Positions 35,621-48,912 of a DNA stretch of 64,000 bases are shown here, one piece after another. The notes below the pieces were generated by a model. It had not been told where the DNA came from. It did not search any database and saw nothing but the letters and a program-made list of their open reading frames with translations. Within the stretch, counting starts at the first letter, position 1, and every line of letters starts with the position of its first letter. This DNA is from Octopus vulgaris. Taxonomy: Eukaryota. A program made the position numbers and the translations under genes. The stretch lies in the NCBI GenBank assembly GCA_951406725.2, contig OX597819.1:73222001-73286000 (forward strand), written 5' to 3'.

Positions 35621-38600
35621 GTAAGTAGTAGCAGCCATAAATTCGTCCATTCCACTTTTATAAAGCCTTGATATTGTTCGGTTAAATTAATTTCTATGAA
35701 TCCAATGTGCATGATATAATTTAGTCATTTAGACTCCTGCAAAAACTGTCCTCATAGTCTTATGTATTTTTCCCCCTGTCGTGTCTATTAGCGATTTAAC
35801 TCTTATTACATTGTCCTTGCCATATCTCACTCTATAAGTTTATAACAACACACTTACTATAAGGTCTCTCTCGCAGACAAAAAAATAGATGTAAATGTCT
35901 TTCTGTTCAACTTTATTTCATAACAATTTGAAGTCATTATCATATGGAGACTTCCCTGGGCCTGTTGTCATATACATACCTACATATATATACATATATG
36001 TTATATAAATATACATATGGTAAATATATATACGTATCTACATATAAAACTAATAGTTTCGTCAATTTTGTTCATGCTAGAGGAATTTTTCGCCTCATCT
36101 CATGAGCATCTATTAAATTATTTTTATTCGCTTCTTACTTGTCACCAACACTTGCAGTTATTTAAAATTCGAAGTTCAGAAGCCAGTTTCTAACAACTTC
36201 TCCAACATTACGTCATATTTACTTATTTACCAGAAAATAAAGAAAAGGACCCGCTTCATGACCCTAGGAATTAATCTTATATTAAATTTGTGTTCGGTAT
36301 ATTTTGAACCAGGAACATACAGCATTGTCAAAAGAACATTGTGCATGGTCAACCATGCTTTCCCTCTTTAAATAATCTGAAGTGGGTGTTTATATAACAA
36401 TAAACGGCTATGTTATATACACATAGTCCCAGCTCACTCATACATGATTGATTTTCTTTGGTTTATTGCACCAAAGAAAACGATTTTGGGAGAGGTAGGT
36501 ACGTAAGTGTTAAATACGATCGGTCTGTAATAATAAATGCTATTTTACAGCTCATTGTATTGTCCTTTTAAAACTTGGAATTTATTTAGTATAATGTTCG
36601 TCTTATGTCTTTAAAATATTTCATACCGAAGACAATATAGACTGAAGATCATTTTCGCTTTCTGGTAGGGTTTAGTATCTCGGCTACTTCCTTTCCAGCC
36701 TAAACATTTTATTATGCTTTTTCTGAAGTTCTCTACTTGATTTCATCTTCCATTGATTTTGTCGCATCGTGCACTCAAACATTATATATATATAGAGAGG
36801 TAGATAGATGTGTGTATGTATTGTTAAACGAGCCCGAGCTTGCTCTATGTCCTGAATTGGTTCGGTTGAGATATGAGATTTCAATAATCCTATCTTGGTT
36901 ACTGTTTCATTAATGGCTTTTTAAAAATATTTCGTTAAAGAGATGTGTCTCGATATTTTGTAGTAAGCGACAACTATGGTTCTTCGCTTTTAATTTTGTA
37001 ATGAACTTTTTATTAGTTTGTTTCCTTTGGCAGTCCATAAAGGAGAGAAACCTCTGAATGGAGTGGTTGCTTCAGTCACTAGAAATAGCAGCTAAATTAC
37101 TCAGATTATACCTTATCATTTTACGTAACAAGTAGGTTGGACAGTGTAGACTTTGAACATACAAGTCGGGATGGTCAAGACTGGAATGACTTTCATAGCG
37201 TCACATCAATCTTGATCGGGGTCTCAGTAACAAAACTTTCTTTTTATTACTTTTTAAATGAAGTAGAATATTTTAGTAATTTTGTGTCTCACTTCACAGC
37301 TGATATAAATATGATGAAAAACCTACAATTGCAAACGAGCGTGTGTATAATTCATACAAAATACAATTTTATACAATATTAATTAACAAGTGAAATGTAA
37401 ATAATTCAAATTAAAAATATTAACACAAAAGCATTTCGTATTACTTTCAACAAAGTTCCACTCTAAACCTGTTTGTGTGTTTAATGAGACTGTTGACGAT
37501 AAGTTATAGCTTGTCAGTATATTTATTTAATTTGAAGTCGAACTTAATGTTAAGATTTCAGCTAAACCGTGATGAAATAGAAGAGTTTCTTGTGTGTGCA
37601 TAGGTAAATCGATTACATTTCGATATTAGTGAGTGTATCATGAACGAAGATTGATTTAGTGTGTTTTTCCTCTCCATATTTTCTGAGTACGATACAACTA
37701 GAAATAATGATAATTTGATTGATATAAACTTATTCCTTTGTGATATAATTGTCATTAAATATGTGACGGTAATTATCGCTTGGGCACAGATTGATTAAAT
37801 GAATAACTTTTCAACGAGACTGAGTTCTGCCGATAGTTACTGCTTGAATAGCATAATTATTGTCGCTTATTACACGACATTTTATTGATAATGTAGATAT
37901 TAACCTGTCGGTGGTGGGGGACTTTTACAACTGTTTTTTGCTATATTAAGAGAGGTAGGAACTTGGTATCTTTTGTTTCCTGTTGAAAATTTGAAGTTGT
38001 GCCTCAGGCAAAGACAACTCTCACCGGGTCCCGTCTCGACTGCTAATGATAATAATACAACATTCAACTATCAATTGTGTATGTATTATTCACAGTTAGG
38101 TGTTTAATTGAATTTTCCTGTTTGCAGCCGTCTGCCTTGCATCTCTTGTCGCAATAAAAGAAAGAGAAAATCGTTCCTGTTAACCTACTTTTAAAAAAGA
38201 AATTGCTATTATCCACTGAAGGCAGTCGAGTTGAAAAATTGAGAAGCAATTGAAGTTTAAGAAATATACAATGGTAGTAGTTGTGGCAGCTCAAACAAAA
38301 GACAGGTGTACTAAATAATGGCATGCTACTTGTCTGGCTATTTATTTCAAGTTGCAAGTTTAATAGCATTCTAGTCTGAATCTGTGTGTGTATATATATA
38401 ACCATAATCATGTAATATCTGTTTAACGGTTTGACCGGAGCTGGAGAACTGCACCAGGCTTCATTTGTCTTTTCGCATGGTTTCTATGGCTGGATGCCCT
38501 TTCTAATGCCAACCACTTTAAGGTGTACTGGATGCTTTTATATGATACCAGCACAGGTGCTTTTTACGTGGCACCAGCACTATATAGATATAGTGTACAC

Positions 38601-38939
38601 TTTCTTTGTGCTACCCTATAGAGTTACTATTATTTATAATTTTGTTTTTTTCTTCCCTGCAATGAGACATTAACCTCAAGGATTTCAGTAGATAGTGCTA
38701 TTCCCCTTTCAAAGAAGATGGATTTTTTGATACATTTTTCATTTTCTTTTCCTTTATAGAATCATTTCTGCGATGATATAATGTTTTAAAATGGCCTGAA
38801 AGGACGATAGGAGCATCCCATGTGTGGGCTGTGTAAGCTTTGTTTTGATTTATATGAACAAAGATGATAAAGTGAACTGGGATGATCGTAATGGCATTTA
38901 GCTTCTCTCTGTTATTGTAGAAGTCTTGGCTTAGATGTT

Positions 38940-40020
38940 TCAGAGACTCAGCAGCAACATGTTATTAATGCAGCCTGAATTGCAACATAGAAGTAGGAAG
39001 AACAGGAAAACAACTGACATGATCTTCACAGGCTGCTTTTTCAGAAAATAAAAATGCTTGGAACAACATTGGGACCTGTTTATGGCCTTTGTCAACTTTT
39101 TCCAAAGCATTCTGCACTGTTTTTGTTAGGTTTAGCTGTCCCAATAAATTTGTTAATATCCTTTGCCAGTTCCATGTTGGGATGACTGCATGGGTGACTA
39201 CAGGAGTCTGAGTTCTTCCTGTAAAACAGACACACACATATGGGTATTAACTAGCACCAGTGCTCTTTCACTTTCCTCCTGCATGTCACCAGACTTCTCC
39301 ACAAGATTGAGTTCAGTAACAGTGAGGCACTGGACTTAAGACTAGATGGCAACCTCTTTAACATTAAGAAGACCCAAACACTGCAGTGTGTGTGTGCTCT
39401 GGTGTCTCGTACTTAGGAAGATCTTCAGACTGTCCTTGCTGTGGCAATGAGAACATACAATTTGATGGCGTTAACTGTCAACAGCAAGACAGAACTGACA
39501 TGCCAATAGAGTGCCAATGTTTCCTGCCTTTACTTTTCCTAATGAGCAGCTATCTGTTCTGCCATCTTTCAAGTATCAGGAGTATTCTCTCTGAGGATGA
39601 CAACATTGACATTTAGTAAACAAATATCGGCTGTCTTTGGGAGATTCATTACAATTTTTTAGAACAAGAGCTTTCATTTTTCCATAAAATTTACTGTATA
39701 CTGTGTAGTCTTTCTCAACACTGCACTCCATAGCTGTGAATCGATTGTACTAGTCTAAACACCTCTCATTAAATCCTCCTCCAGTGCATTATGGGAATTA
39801 CTTGGGGTCATGTTCCTCCACCTGAAATACCTGCCAAGACCAGCTGCAAGAGATTTGAGGCCATTGTCACACTGTGCCATTAGCTGCACCGACTGGGGTG
39901 GCGCATGATATAGATGCTCCCACATTAGCTACCACTGCAGAGTGATATACCACCAATTACACCATGTGAAGAGCCAAAGAAGCATTATAAGGGTCAAGTA
40001 TTTTTGTGAGGCCTACCCAT
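38940..40020 (+). pseudogene. Decayed RT fragment of a second RTE lineage (BovB-like)
   Basis: Remnant motifs TTDMIFT, CLEQHWDLFMAFVNFSKAF, PNKFVNIL, LAPVLF and RLDGNLFNI. Confidence 0.75.
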
Positions 40021-40297
40021 GCCACTTCCCATGTTGTTCTTGGTTTTCTTCACATTCACTGACAGAAGAGTTCAATACCTTTGTTCATTTAACATTTATT
40101 TTTCTTTTCATGCTAGCAGGGGTGTGGACAGAGTTCTTTGGAGCAGAATTTTATGACTGGATGTTCTTCCTGTCACCAACCCTTACCTGTTTTCAAGTAA
40201 GGGATTTCTTTATTTTACAAGTCTTCAGAAATACAGAGTGACTAATCATATTGTCAACAAGTAAACACTGGTATCACTGCTCTCAGATGGTGACAGT

Positions 40298-40875
40298 CGT
40301 CATCGTTGTTGTTTAACGTCCACTTTCCATGCTGGCATGGGTTGGACGGTTTTGACAGCACTGGTGAGCCAGAAGGCTGCACCAGGCTCAATCTGATCTT
40401 GCAAAGTTTCTACAGCTTGATGCCCTTCCTAACGCCAACCATTCTGAGAGTGTAGTGGGTGCTTTTATGTACCACCAGCATGATGGCCAGTCAGGTGGTA
40501 CTGGCAACAACCACGCCCAAAAGGTTTTTTATGTGCTACCAGCACGGAAGCCAGTCTGGCGGCACTGGTAATGACCATGCTTGAATGTTTTCACATGTCA
40601 CCGACACGTGTGCCGTTATTGCGACGCTGGCAATGATCACGCTCGAATGGTGCTTTTTACGTGCCACCAGCATGGGAGCCAATCTGTGGCCCTGGATGTG
40701 CTTTTAATGTTCTGGTACGAGTGCTAATCAGGCAGTACTGTCATCAGCCATGTCAGCAATTTTGATTTGATTTCACTTCCCTCAATAGGTCTTTGCAAGC
40801 AAAGTTTCTTGTCCAATGAATGAGGAGTACATTCCACTGGCATGAGTGCCAATCAGGCGATACTGTCATCGGTCA
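40298..40875 (-). mobile_element. RTE 3' UTR copy with multiple hairpin modules
   Basis: Tail plus about four gtgccacc(a/g)gcac-type modules, as in 13040-13220. Confidence 0.85.
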
Positions 40876-41234
40876 TGCACACTAGCATTTGCAGATGCAT
40901 TCACATGCACAGACACAGTAATGGGCTTCCTGCAGTTTCCAGCTAATACATTTCCTCATGTGGCATTGCTTGGTCCAAGGTTATTGTAGAAGACACCTAA
41001 GGTGTGACACCACAGGACTAAACCTGAAACCAGGTGATTACAAATTGAACTTTAACTCCCAACATGTATTTTAAACTTAATTACTTAGACATAATTTATT
41101 ATTGCCAGGGTTGACTTTGCCTTTCATCCTTTCAAGGTTGAGAAAATAAGTACCAGTTGAATACTAGGGTTGATTTATTCAAATTAGCTCCTCCTCCAAA
41201 ACTGCTGGCCTTATGCCATAATTTAAAATCGTCA

Positions 41235-42584
41235 TTACCTCCACCTTAACGAAGGCAGAGGTATTGCTTTCAGTTGTGTTTGTCCGTGGACAAGATATCT
41301 CAAGAACCGTTGGATAGATTCGGATGAAACTTTCAGGGATTTTTAGCCTCGTGACTGGCACAAACTGATTAGATTTTGGGATTGATCCAGTACCGGACAA
41401 TGATTTTGGATTATTTGTTATATTTACTTTACATGAAGTATTACGACCTTATGTTGATTTTCAAGTCTTTCTCTGCTTATCTCTTTTGAAAACACGCTCA
41501 TGGTTTCCATGTAAATTATGGCAGCAATGCTGTTTCCAAAATTTTATTTTTGTTTCTCTATTATTAATTTTACTCATGTCTCTATCTTAGTAGATACTGG
41601 TGGATGAAGAAATCAAACTGCGTAAACAAACAGCAGCAAAGCCATTCAGAAATTAAATAACACTAACATATTCAGTAACAATAATAAATGTAATTTCATG
41701 TGTGGCACCATTCATGCATGGGTCGTTGTCAGTGCCGCCTGACTCCTTGCCAGTGCCATGTAAAAACCACTATCCAAACATGGTTGATGCTAGCCTTCCT
41801 GTCCGACTGGCTCCTGTGCTTGTAGCATATACAAAGCACCATCTGAACGTGGCCAATGCCAGTGCTGCCTGACTGGCTCCTGTGCCGGTGGCATGTGAAA
41901 AAGCACCCACTACACTCTCTGAATGGTTGGCGTTAGGAAGGGCATCCAGTTGTAGAGATTGGAGCCTGGTGCAGCCACCTGGCTTACCAGTCCCCTGTGA
42001 AACCATTCAACCCATACCAGCATGGAAAATGGACGTTAAACGATGATGATGAATTTATCCTTGACAATTTGTAGTTTTACCAATTTTGAATATATTGCTC
42101 CTGTTTAAAAGCTCTTACTTGACAATTGCATTTCTGACTCTGCCTTGAAGGAAGCTTTACTTCTTGGACTCACACTTTTGTGCGCAACGGTGTTGTTAAC
42201 AGTACTGCATGCAGGTCGTTTCCGTTTTCTTTCATGCACAAATTTTTCACTATAGATCTTAATAGTCGTAAAGACACTATAGGCCTTCCTAGAGAAAACT
42301 GTCCCCACTGCAGATGACACACAACATTACAAACATGGCTCGCACACCCACCTTCATATTCCATGACTACCATTGGGATTGATCCGGTACCGGACAAGGA
42401 TTTTGAATTATTATTTTTTTTTTTCTACTTAAATTTTGAGAGTGGTCGGGTTCATTTTTAGTATTCTCATTTGTGAGAACAGTTGAGTTTATTTCAGATA
42501 TTCTCATTTTAAAAATCATCTCCGGCTAATCATTGAGAGGGTGTTGGTGTTGCCTTGGCTGAGGTTTGCGCTCTCTGAGTGCTC

Positions 42585-42586
<2 letters not shown>
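41235..42586 (+). mobile_element. Helentron-associated non-autonomous element (HINE/DINE-1-like), with a nested RTE tail at 41715-42052
   Basis: 5' ttacctccacc...ggcagaggt hairpin, short gtttgtcc tract, 3' subterminal ccttggctgaggt followed by stem-loop gcgctc-tct-gagtgc and tt. No TSD. Confidence 0.7.
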
Positions 42587-42618
<32 letters not shown>

Positions 42619-43929
42619 GTTAAGGTGGCGAGCTGGCAGAATCATTAGCATACCAGGCAAAATGCTTGTGAGCATTTTGTCTGTCCTTACATTGTGAGCT
42701 TGAATTTCACCAAGGTCAGCTTTGCGTTTTATCCTTTTTTGGAGTCAATAAAATAAGTACCAGTTGAGAACTTGTGTTTACTGTTAACGGTGGTAATATT
42801 ACATGGTGTATAGCCTCCTTATAGGACAGGTGAGGGTGTGCAGTTAAGAAGTTTGCTCCCCAACCACATGGTTTCAGGGTCAGTCCCACTATGTGACACC
42901 TTGGGCAAATATCTTCTACTATAGCCCTGGGCTGACCAAAGCCTCGTGAATGAATTTGGTTGATGGAACTTGAAAGCTGCCCTTTGTATGTGTGTTTATG
43001 TCTCCTTGTCTTGTGTGTGGGTCAGTGGTTTAGGTATTTGGCTCATGATTGTAAGGTTGTAAGATCAATTCCCAGCATATTAGGACCTTGGGCTAGGCAC
43101 TTTCATTTTCTCATTGCTTCAGTTTACTCATCTAGTGAAAATGAATAATGCCTATATTTGAAAAGGCCTTGTCCTTGTCACATTCTGTGTTCTGCCAAAT
43201 CTTCCTGAGAACTATGTTAAGGGTACATATGTGTGTGTGTGGAGTGCTCAGCCACTTGCATACTAATTTCACAAAGAAGCTGTTCTGTTGATCGGATTAT
43301 CTGGAACCTTTGTTGTGACTGACTGAGAGCTGGGAGGCAGGCATGATAATTGTAAATGAGTGTCACTGTCATATAAGCAGTGTTGTTCATTTTGAATATT
43401 CTACAAAGATATTCAGGCCATGGAGAAATAATGCCTTATTTGGGAACTTGTGAGGGTTAGTGACAGGGAAGGCATTTCAACCATAGAAAATCTGCTTCAG
43501 TAAACTCCATCTGACCCATGCAAGTATGGAATGGTGGACATCAGAATGATGATGACAATGAAGCATCAGTGATTTTATATTGATGTATACTCAATAAAAT
43601 ATAACTCCTCTACAATGGGTGACCATGTCGATAGTATGCTGGGTAACCAACCAAGAAGTTGAGGATTTGTATTTTTATACCAAAACTAGTTATATTGGTG
43701 ACCAATGTATTTAAATTTGGCCAGTTGTGACCTCTCAGACCTACCCTACATTGTCATTATGAAAATAATTTAATATCTGTTTTCTATGCTGGCATGGGCT
43801 GGATGGTTCGGCAGAAGCTGGAGAGCTGCACCAGGTTCCTCTTGTCTGTTTTGGCATGGTTTCTGCAACTGGATAACCTTTTTAATGCTAACCACTTTCC
43901 AGGTTGATTTTTTTTTTCCTTGGTGAAAT

Positions 43930-44095
43930 CAGCATGGGTGCTTTTTACATGGCACCAGCACAGGTGCTTTTAACATGACACTAGTACAGGTGCTTTTAAC
44001 ATGGCACCAGCACATGTGCTTTTGACATGGCACCAGCACAAGTGCTTTTTTTTTAATGTGGGTCAGCATGGGTGCTTTCTATGTGGTGCCATTAT
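43930..44095. repeat. ~26-bp minisatellite derived from the RTE 3' UTR module
   Basis: Five to six units of ggcaccagcacaggtgcttttaacat inside a minus-strand RTE tail copy. Confidence 0.85.
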
Positions 44096-44477
44096 GGATT
44101 GTCTTAATTCTGCCAATAAGCATATGGTTGTAAGTGGTTGAATACTGCACATGTACCCTTATTGCAAATTCTCAAACAGAATCTAATACAATATACAACA
44201 AGGCTGGACCTTTAAATTACATCTACAATCCAACAAATAATTTTCCTTTTCTTCTGCTACAAACTGACTCAGTTGAGAAAGTTTCTTCTTTTTCTTGAAT
44301 TTGAAAATGTTACAAATAAAAAGCACTCAGTCCATTCTGTAAAGTGGTTGGTGTTAGGGAGGGCACCAAGCTGTAGAAACCATGCCAAAGCAGGCAATTG
44401 AAGCTTATTGAATTCCTCCACCTCATTAAATCCTGTCAAGCCATCTAACCCATGCCAGTGTGGAAGATGGACGTTAG

Positions 44478-44805
44478 TCCTTTTGATATCAACCAGCCTG
44501 AGACTGTTTGTGGTTCTGAGATGCAAACTTTCTCTTGTAATGTGATTGAAATGAAAGCCTTGCCTCAAAATTTCACATTATGTTCTAAACACTACATTAA
44601 CCATTTTGTTACCATATTTCTATTGAGATGCTCTGTGTTTCTTTCAATTAATTTTAGATATAACAAAGAATTTAGTAAAATAACTTAGTTATCATGAAGG
44701 TAGTGTTAGGAACATAAACTGTGACCAAGGTTTGGTGGAAGAGAACTTTTGAAAACAAGACATTTGTACTACAAAGCACTTTCAGCTGGGTTGCTATCAA
44801 AAGGC
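44478..44805. mobile_element. piggyBac-type MITE, family B, inserted in an RTE tail
   Basis: ttag|tccttttgata...tatcaaaaggc|ttaa. Related fragments at about 18240-18320 and 18750-18772. Confidence 0.7.
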
Positions 44806-45496
44806 TTAATTTATGCCAAAATTAATTGAAACAAAGCAGAAACATAGTAAGAAAAGGGTTAGATGATTTATCTTCTCCATTTCACTTACAAGGCTAAATG
44901 AAAGTTGCTTAAGGTTTTTGAATTGGTATTAAATCTGGGAACTCATCACTGCACTGTGAATTTTAAAAAAATTATTTGGCTCTTCTCTAAGAGACAGTTC
45001 TTCAGAATTGATGAATGCTTCATTAGAGTGAGCATTGATCCAATTTTTCTCATGGGGAAAGCATTTTGATACAGACCATCATGCTTTCCCTGGGAAGCAC
45101 CCATGCTGGTGGAACATAAGAAGTACCCAGTACCCTCTGCAAAGTGGTTGATATTAGGAAGGGTATCCAGCTGTAGAAATCCTGCCAAAACAGACATAAG
45201 GTCTGGTCAGCTCCTGACGAATTGTTCAACCCATACCAGCATGGAAAACAGACATTAAATGATGATGATACTGAATTTTCACCCTTTTCATCAGTTAATG
45301 TCTTTTGAATTGGACGGTTCAACAGGAACTAAGTTCCAGTGTCTGCTTTGGCAAGGTTTCTACAGCTGGAAGCCCTTCTTAATGGCAACCATTTTACAGT
45401 GTGTGCTGGGTGCTTTTTTTGTGACACTAGCACTGGTGAAGGTCACCGGAACTTGCAAGACAAGACCTGTCAACTAAGTTGGGATAGTATTATTAA

Positions 45497-45714
45497 CCCT
45501 TTAGCATTCAGATTATTCTGTCAAATATATTGTTTATTTATTCTCATAGTTTTGAATTAATCTCATAGCTTCAATATTTCGATGATGTTATTGTTTATTT
45601 TTAGAATGACATTGTAGGATAGCTGTGAGGGGCTGAATGTGGTCAGTTTGAACATATACAAGTAGGATATTTTTATCTGGATATGGCTGTATGGCTGGTT
45701 TTAATGTTAAAGGG
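45497..45714. mobile_element. piggyBac-type MITE, family A
   Basis: TTAA|CCCTTTAGCATT...TTAAAGGG|TTAA. Further copies at 47892-48111 and 57711-57887, and degraded ones near 10265, 18791, 20520 and 50812. Confidence 0.88.
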
Positions 45715-45899
45715 TTAACGATGTAAAAGCATGATAGAGGGACAGAGGCAAATGTTTTTCCATCTGGGGAGAGAGAGAGAGAATAGGAATTGAGAAACAA
45801 AAAAGGTGGGTAGGTAAATGTGTTAAAGTGAGAAGAGTGTGACAGGATTGAGGTAGTTGCAGTGAATTCTTGGATTCTAAGGATTCTTATAATGTGCAA

Positions 45900-46240
45900 A
45901 GTGCCGCCTGACTGGTTCCCATGCAAGTAGCATGTAAAAAGCCCCATTTTAGTGTGGTTGTTGCCAGTGCTGCATGACTGGTTCCCGTGCCAGTGGCATT
46001 GAAAAAAGTACCATTCAAGCGTGGTCAATGCCAGTGCTGCTTGACTGGCCCTCGTGCCTGTGGCACATAAAAAGCACCCACTACACTCTCAGAGTTGTTG
46101 GTGTTAGGAAGGGCATCCAACTGTAGAAACTTTACGAGATCACACTGGAGCTTGGTATAGCCTTCTGGCTTACCAGTCCTCAGTCAAACTGTCCAACCCA
46201 TGCCAGCATGGAAAGCGGATGTTCAATGATGACGATGCTG
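45900..46240 (+). mobile_element. RTE 3' UTR copy with three hairpin modules
   Basis: Repeated gactggttcc.gtgcc.gtggca..taaaaag.acc followed by the standard tail. Confidence 0.85.
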
Positions 46241-48912
46241 ATTAGTTTCTCTCTAGAATTGGTTCTTGATCTGATAAAGTTTTGTCATTTATAGGCACGA
46301 GTGTGGCTGTGTGGTAAGAAGCTTGCTTCCCAACCATATGGTCCAGGTTCAGTCCCATTGTCTAGCACCTTGGGCAGGTGTTTTCTATTATAGCTTTGGG
46401 CTGACTAAAATCTTGTGAGTAGATTTGGTAGGCAGAAACTGAAAGAAATCCATTGTATAGATATATATGTGTGTTTGTGTCTGCATTTGTCCCCCACTAC
46501 ACTGCTTGATAACCAGTGTTAGTTTGTTTATGTTCCTATGACTTAGTGGTTTGAGACCAATAGAATAAGTACCAGACTTTAAAAAATAAAAGTGCTAGGG
46601 TCAATTCATTCAACTAAAAATTCTTCAAGGTGGTGCTCCAACATGGCCACAGTCAAATGATTAAAACAAGTAAAAGATGTAAGATTAATAAAACAGCTGT
46701 AAATGATGGCAAGGATAATAGTTATGGTGTGCAGGAGAGGAGGCACTTTTATGTATTTGCTATTTACTTCTACTAAATATTCTTCAACTTTATATGTGGA
46801 GCCAGCACAGGAGCTGTTTACATGACATCTGCACAAGTGCTTCCTATGTGGCAATGGCACGTCTTACAGAGTTCAAATTCTGCTATGGTTCACTGTCCTT
46901 TGTAATCACTGAGAAGATGACCCATCAAGCCAAGTATAACTGCAGTTGTAGCAGACACTGGCGTCATGCAAATGACACCTGTGCCGGTGGCACGTAAAAG
47001 CACTCATTACACTCTCGGTGTGGTTAGTGTTAGGAAGGGCATCCAGCTGTAGAAACCATGCTAAATGAGATTGGTGTCTGGTGCAGCCTCTCAGGTTACC
47101 AGTCCTGGTCAAATCATCCAACCCATGCCAGAATGGACAATGGATATTAAATGATGATGTTGATGATGACTAAGTCAATAATTACCACCAAACACACTGG
47201 TGTCAATTCAGTTGATGTTATTCTTTGTTATATAAAACATGAGCTGTGTGTCTAATGAAGTGCAACCAATATCATTTTAAAATTAATTAGTTTCAAATAG
47301 TTCATTGTTGAATGGTAGATGAGTGTAAGAGGTGCAAACTTTCTTGCCTACATCATCATCACCACCATCATCATCAATTAACGATTGTCTCCCATGTTGG
47401 CATGGGTTAAATTGCTTGACAGGTTCTTCTGACCTGGGAAACGGCATCAAACTCCAAGGTCTGTTTTGGTTTCTCCAGCTGGGTGCCTATCCTAACACCA
47501 ACTAATATATGGAATGTACTTGGTGCTTTTTTTTTGTTTGTGGTGTTGGCACAAGCGAGGTCTGCTTGACTGAGAGCAGGTGTAGTAGATGAGGAGGAGG
47601 TGGTTTTCTGCCAGGTGTTGAGAGGCTAAACTATAATAGAGTGACAAGAACAGGTGTCTCGCTGTAGGTGAGATACATGGCTGACCCTCCCTCTCTCCAT
47701 TATACAAAGGAGGGTAGGAGTAGCTGGAAATGTTTGCAAACTGGAAACTTCATTTCTTTTTCATGAGACACAAGGCTGATTTCATTGGTGGGGAGAAAAT
47801 ATAGTCAATTGGATCAATCACCCTCTAGCATTTAAACTGCCCCATATTAAAAAATCAAATTTTTCGACAGTTAATCCTAAAACTGGTTTAACCCTTTAAC
47901 ATTCAGATTGCTCTGTCGAAAGTAATCCTTATCTATTCACATTGTTTTGAATTAATCATACATTATCTCATAGCTTTGAGATTTTGATGATGTGAATGCT
48001 TACATTTAGAATGGCATTGTAAGGTAGATGTAGGAGGCCAGATCTGGGCAGTTTGAACATAAAGCATGCAGAATGTCTGGGCCAGAAATGGCCAGCTTGA
48101 ATACTAAAGGGTTACAGTAAAATAAACAGAAGACATACATCCTTTGGGGAATTGTATTAATGCTTTGTAGATGAAACAAATCACTCATTTTGTGGTAAAT
48201 GGTGTCACACTTCATGGTTGAGTAGTTAATGCTTTGAAGGTCATTTAAATATACATGTTTGGATTTGACCATGTGCTTTTACAATGACACCATTTTGGTG
48301 TTGAGAGATTTTCTCATAAACAGCAAAGACATGGAATGTACCTTACAAGTGAGTAAAGTGGTGACCTCGCCAGTGCTTTTTGTTCACAGAACATATATTA
48401 GTTTACAGCTATTTATAGTACACAATCTTGGACAGAACCAAATTGGTCTAATTTACATAACGATGCAAGTGCTTGGCAATGTTATTGAATCACTTTCTCA
48501 GCAAGGTTAGGCTGTATGTACTGAACAAAACACATATTTTTAAGATTTAGCTTATGTTTCTATTTATCCTAACTAAATTACCAATGCTGACCAGTGGTTC
48601 CATTAATTCAAATTGCCAATTTTTATACTGTTTTGTTGAGCAAATTAGGTAAAAAAAAAAAAAAAAAAAGGTAATCTGTCAGACATGACTGTTTTTGGGT
48701 CCCAAAACTGGTAGGGTATGTTGTCTGATTTCCATGGTGTTTAAGTAACTGAGCACAACAGCTTCCTTGAACAGGATGCCAGTCTGTTGCAGGGTTACTT
48801 GTGGTTGAATGAACTGGAATAACAGGAAATGAAGTGTTATGCTCAAGAACACGCCACACCATGCCACCTGTGAATTGAAATCACAATCTTACAATTGAGT
48901 GCAACACCTTAA

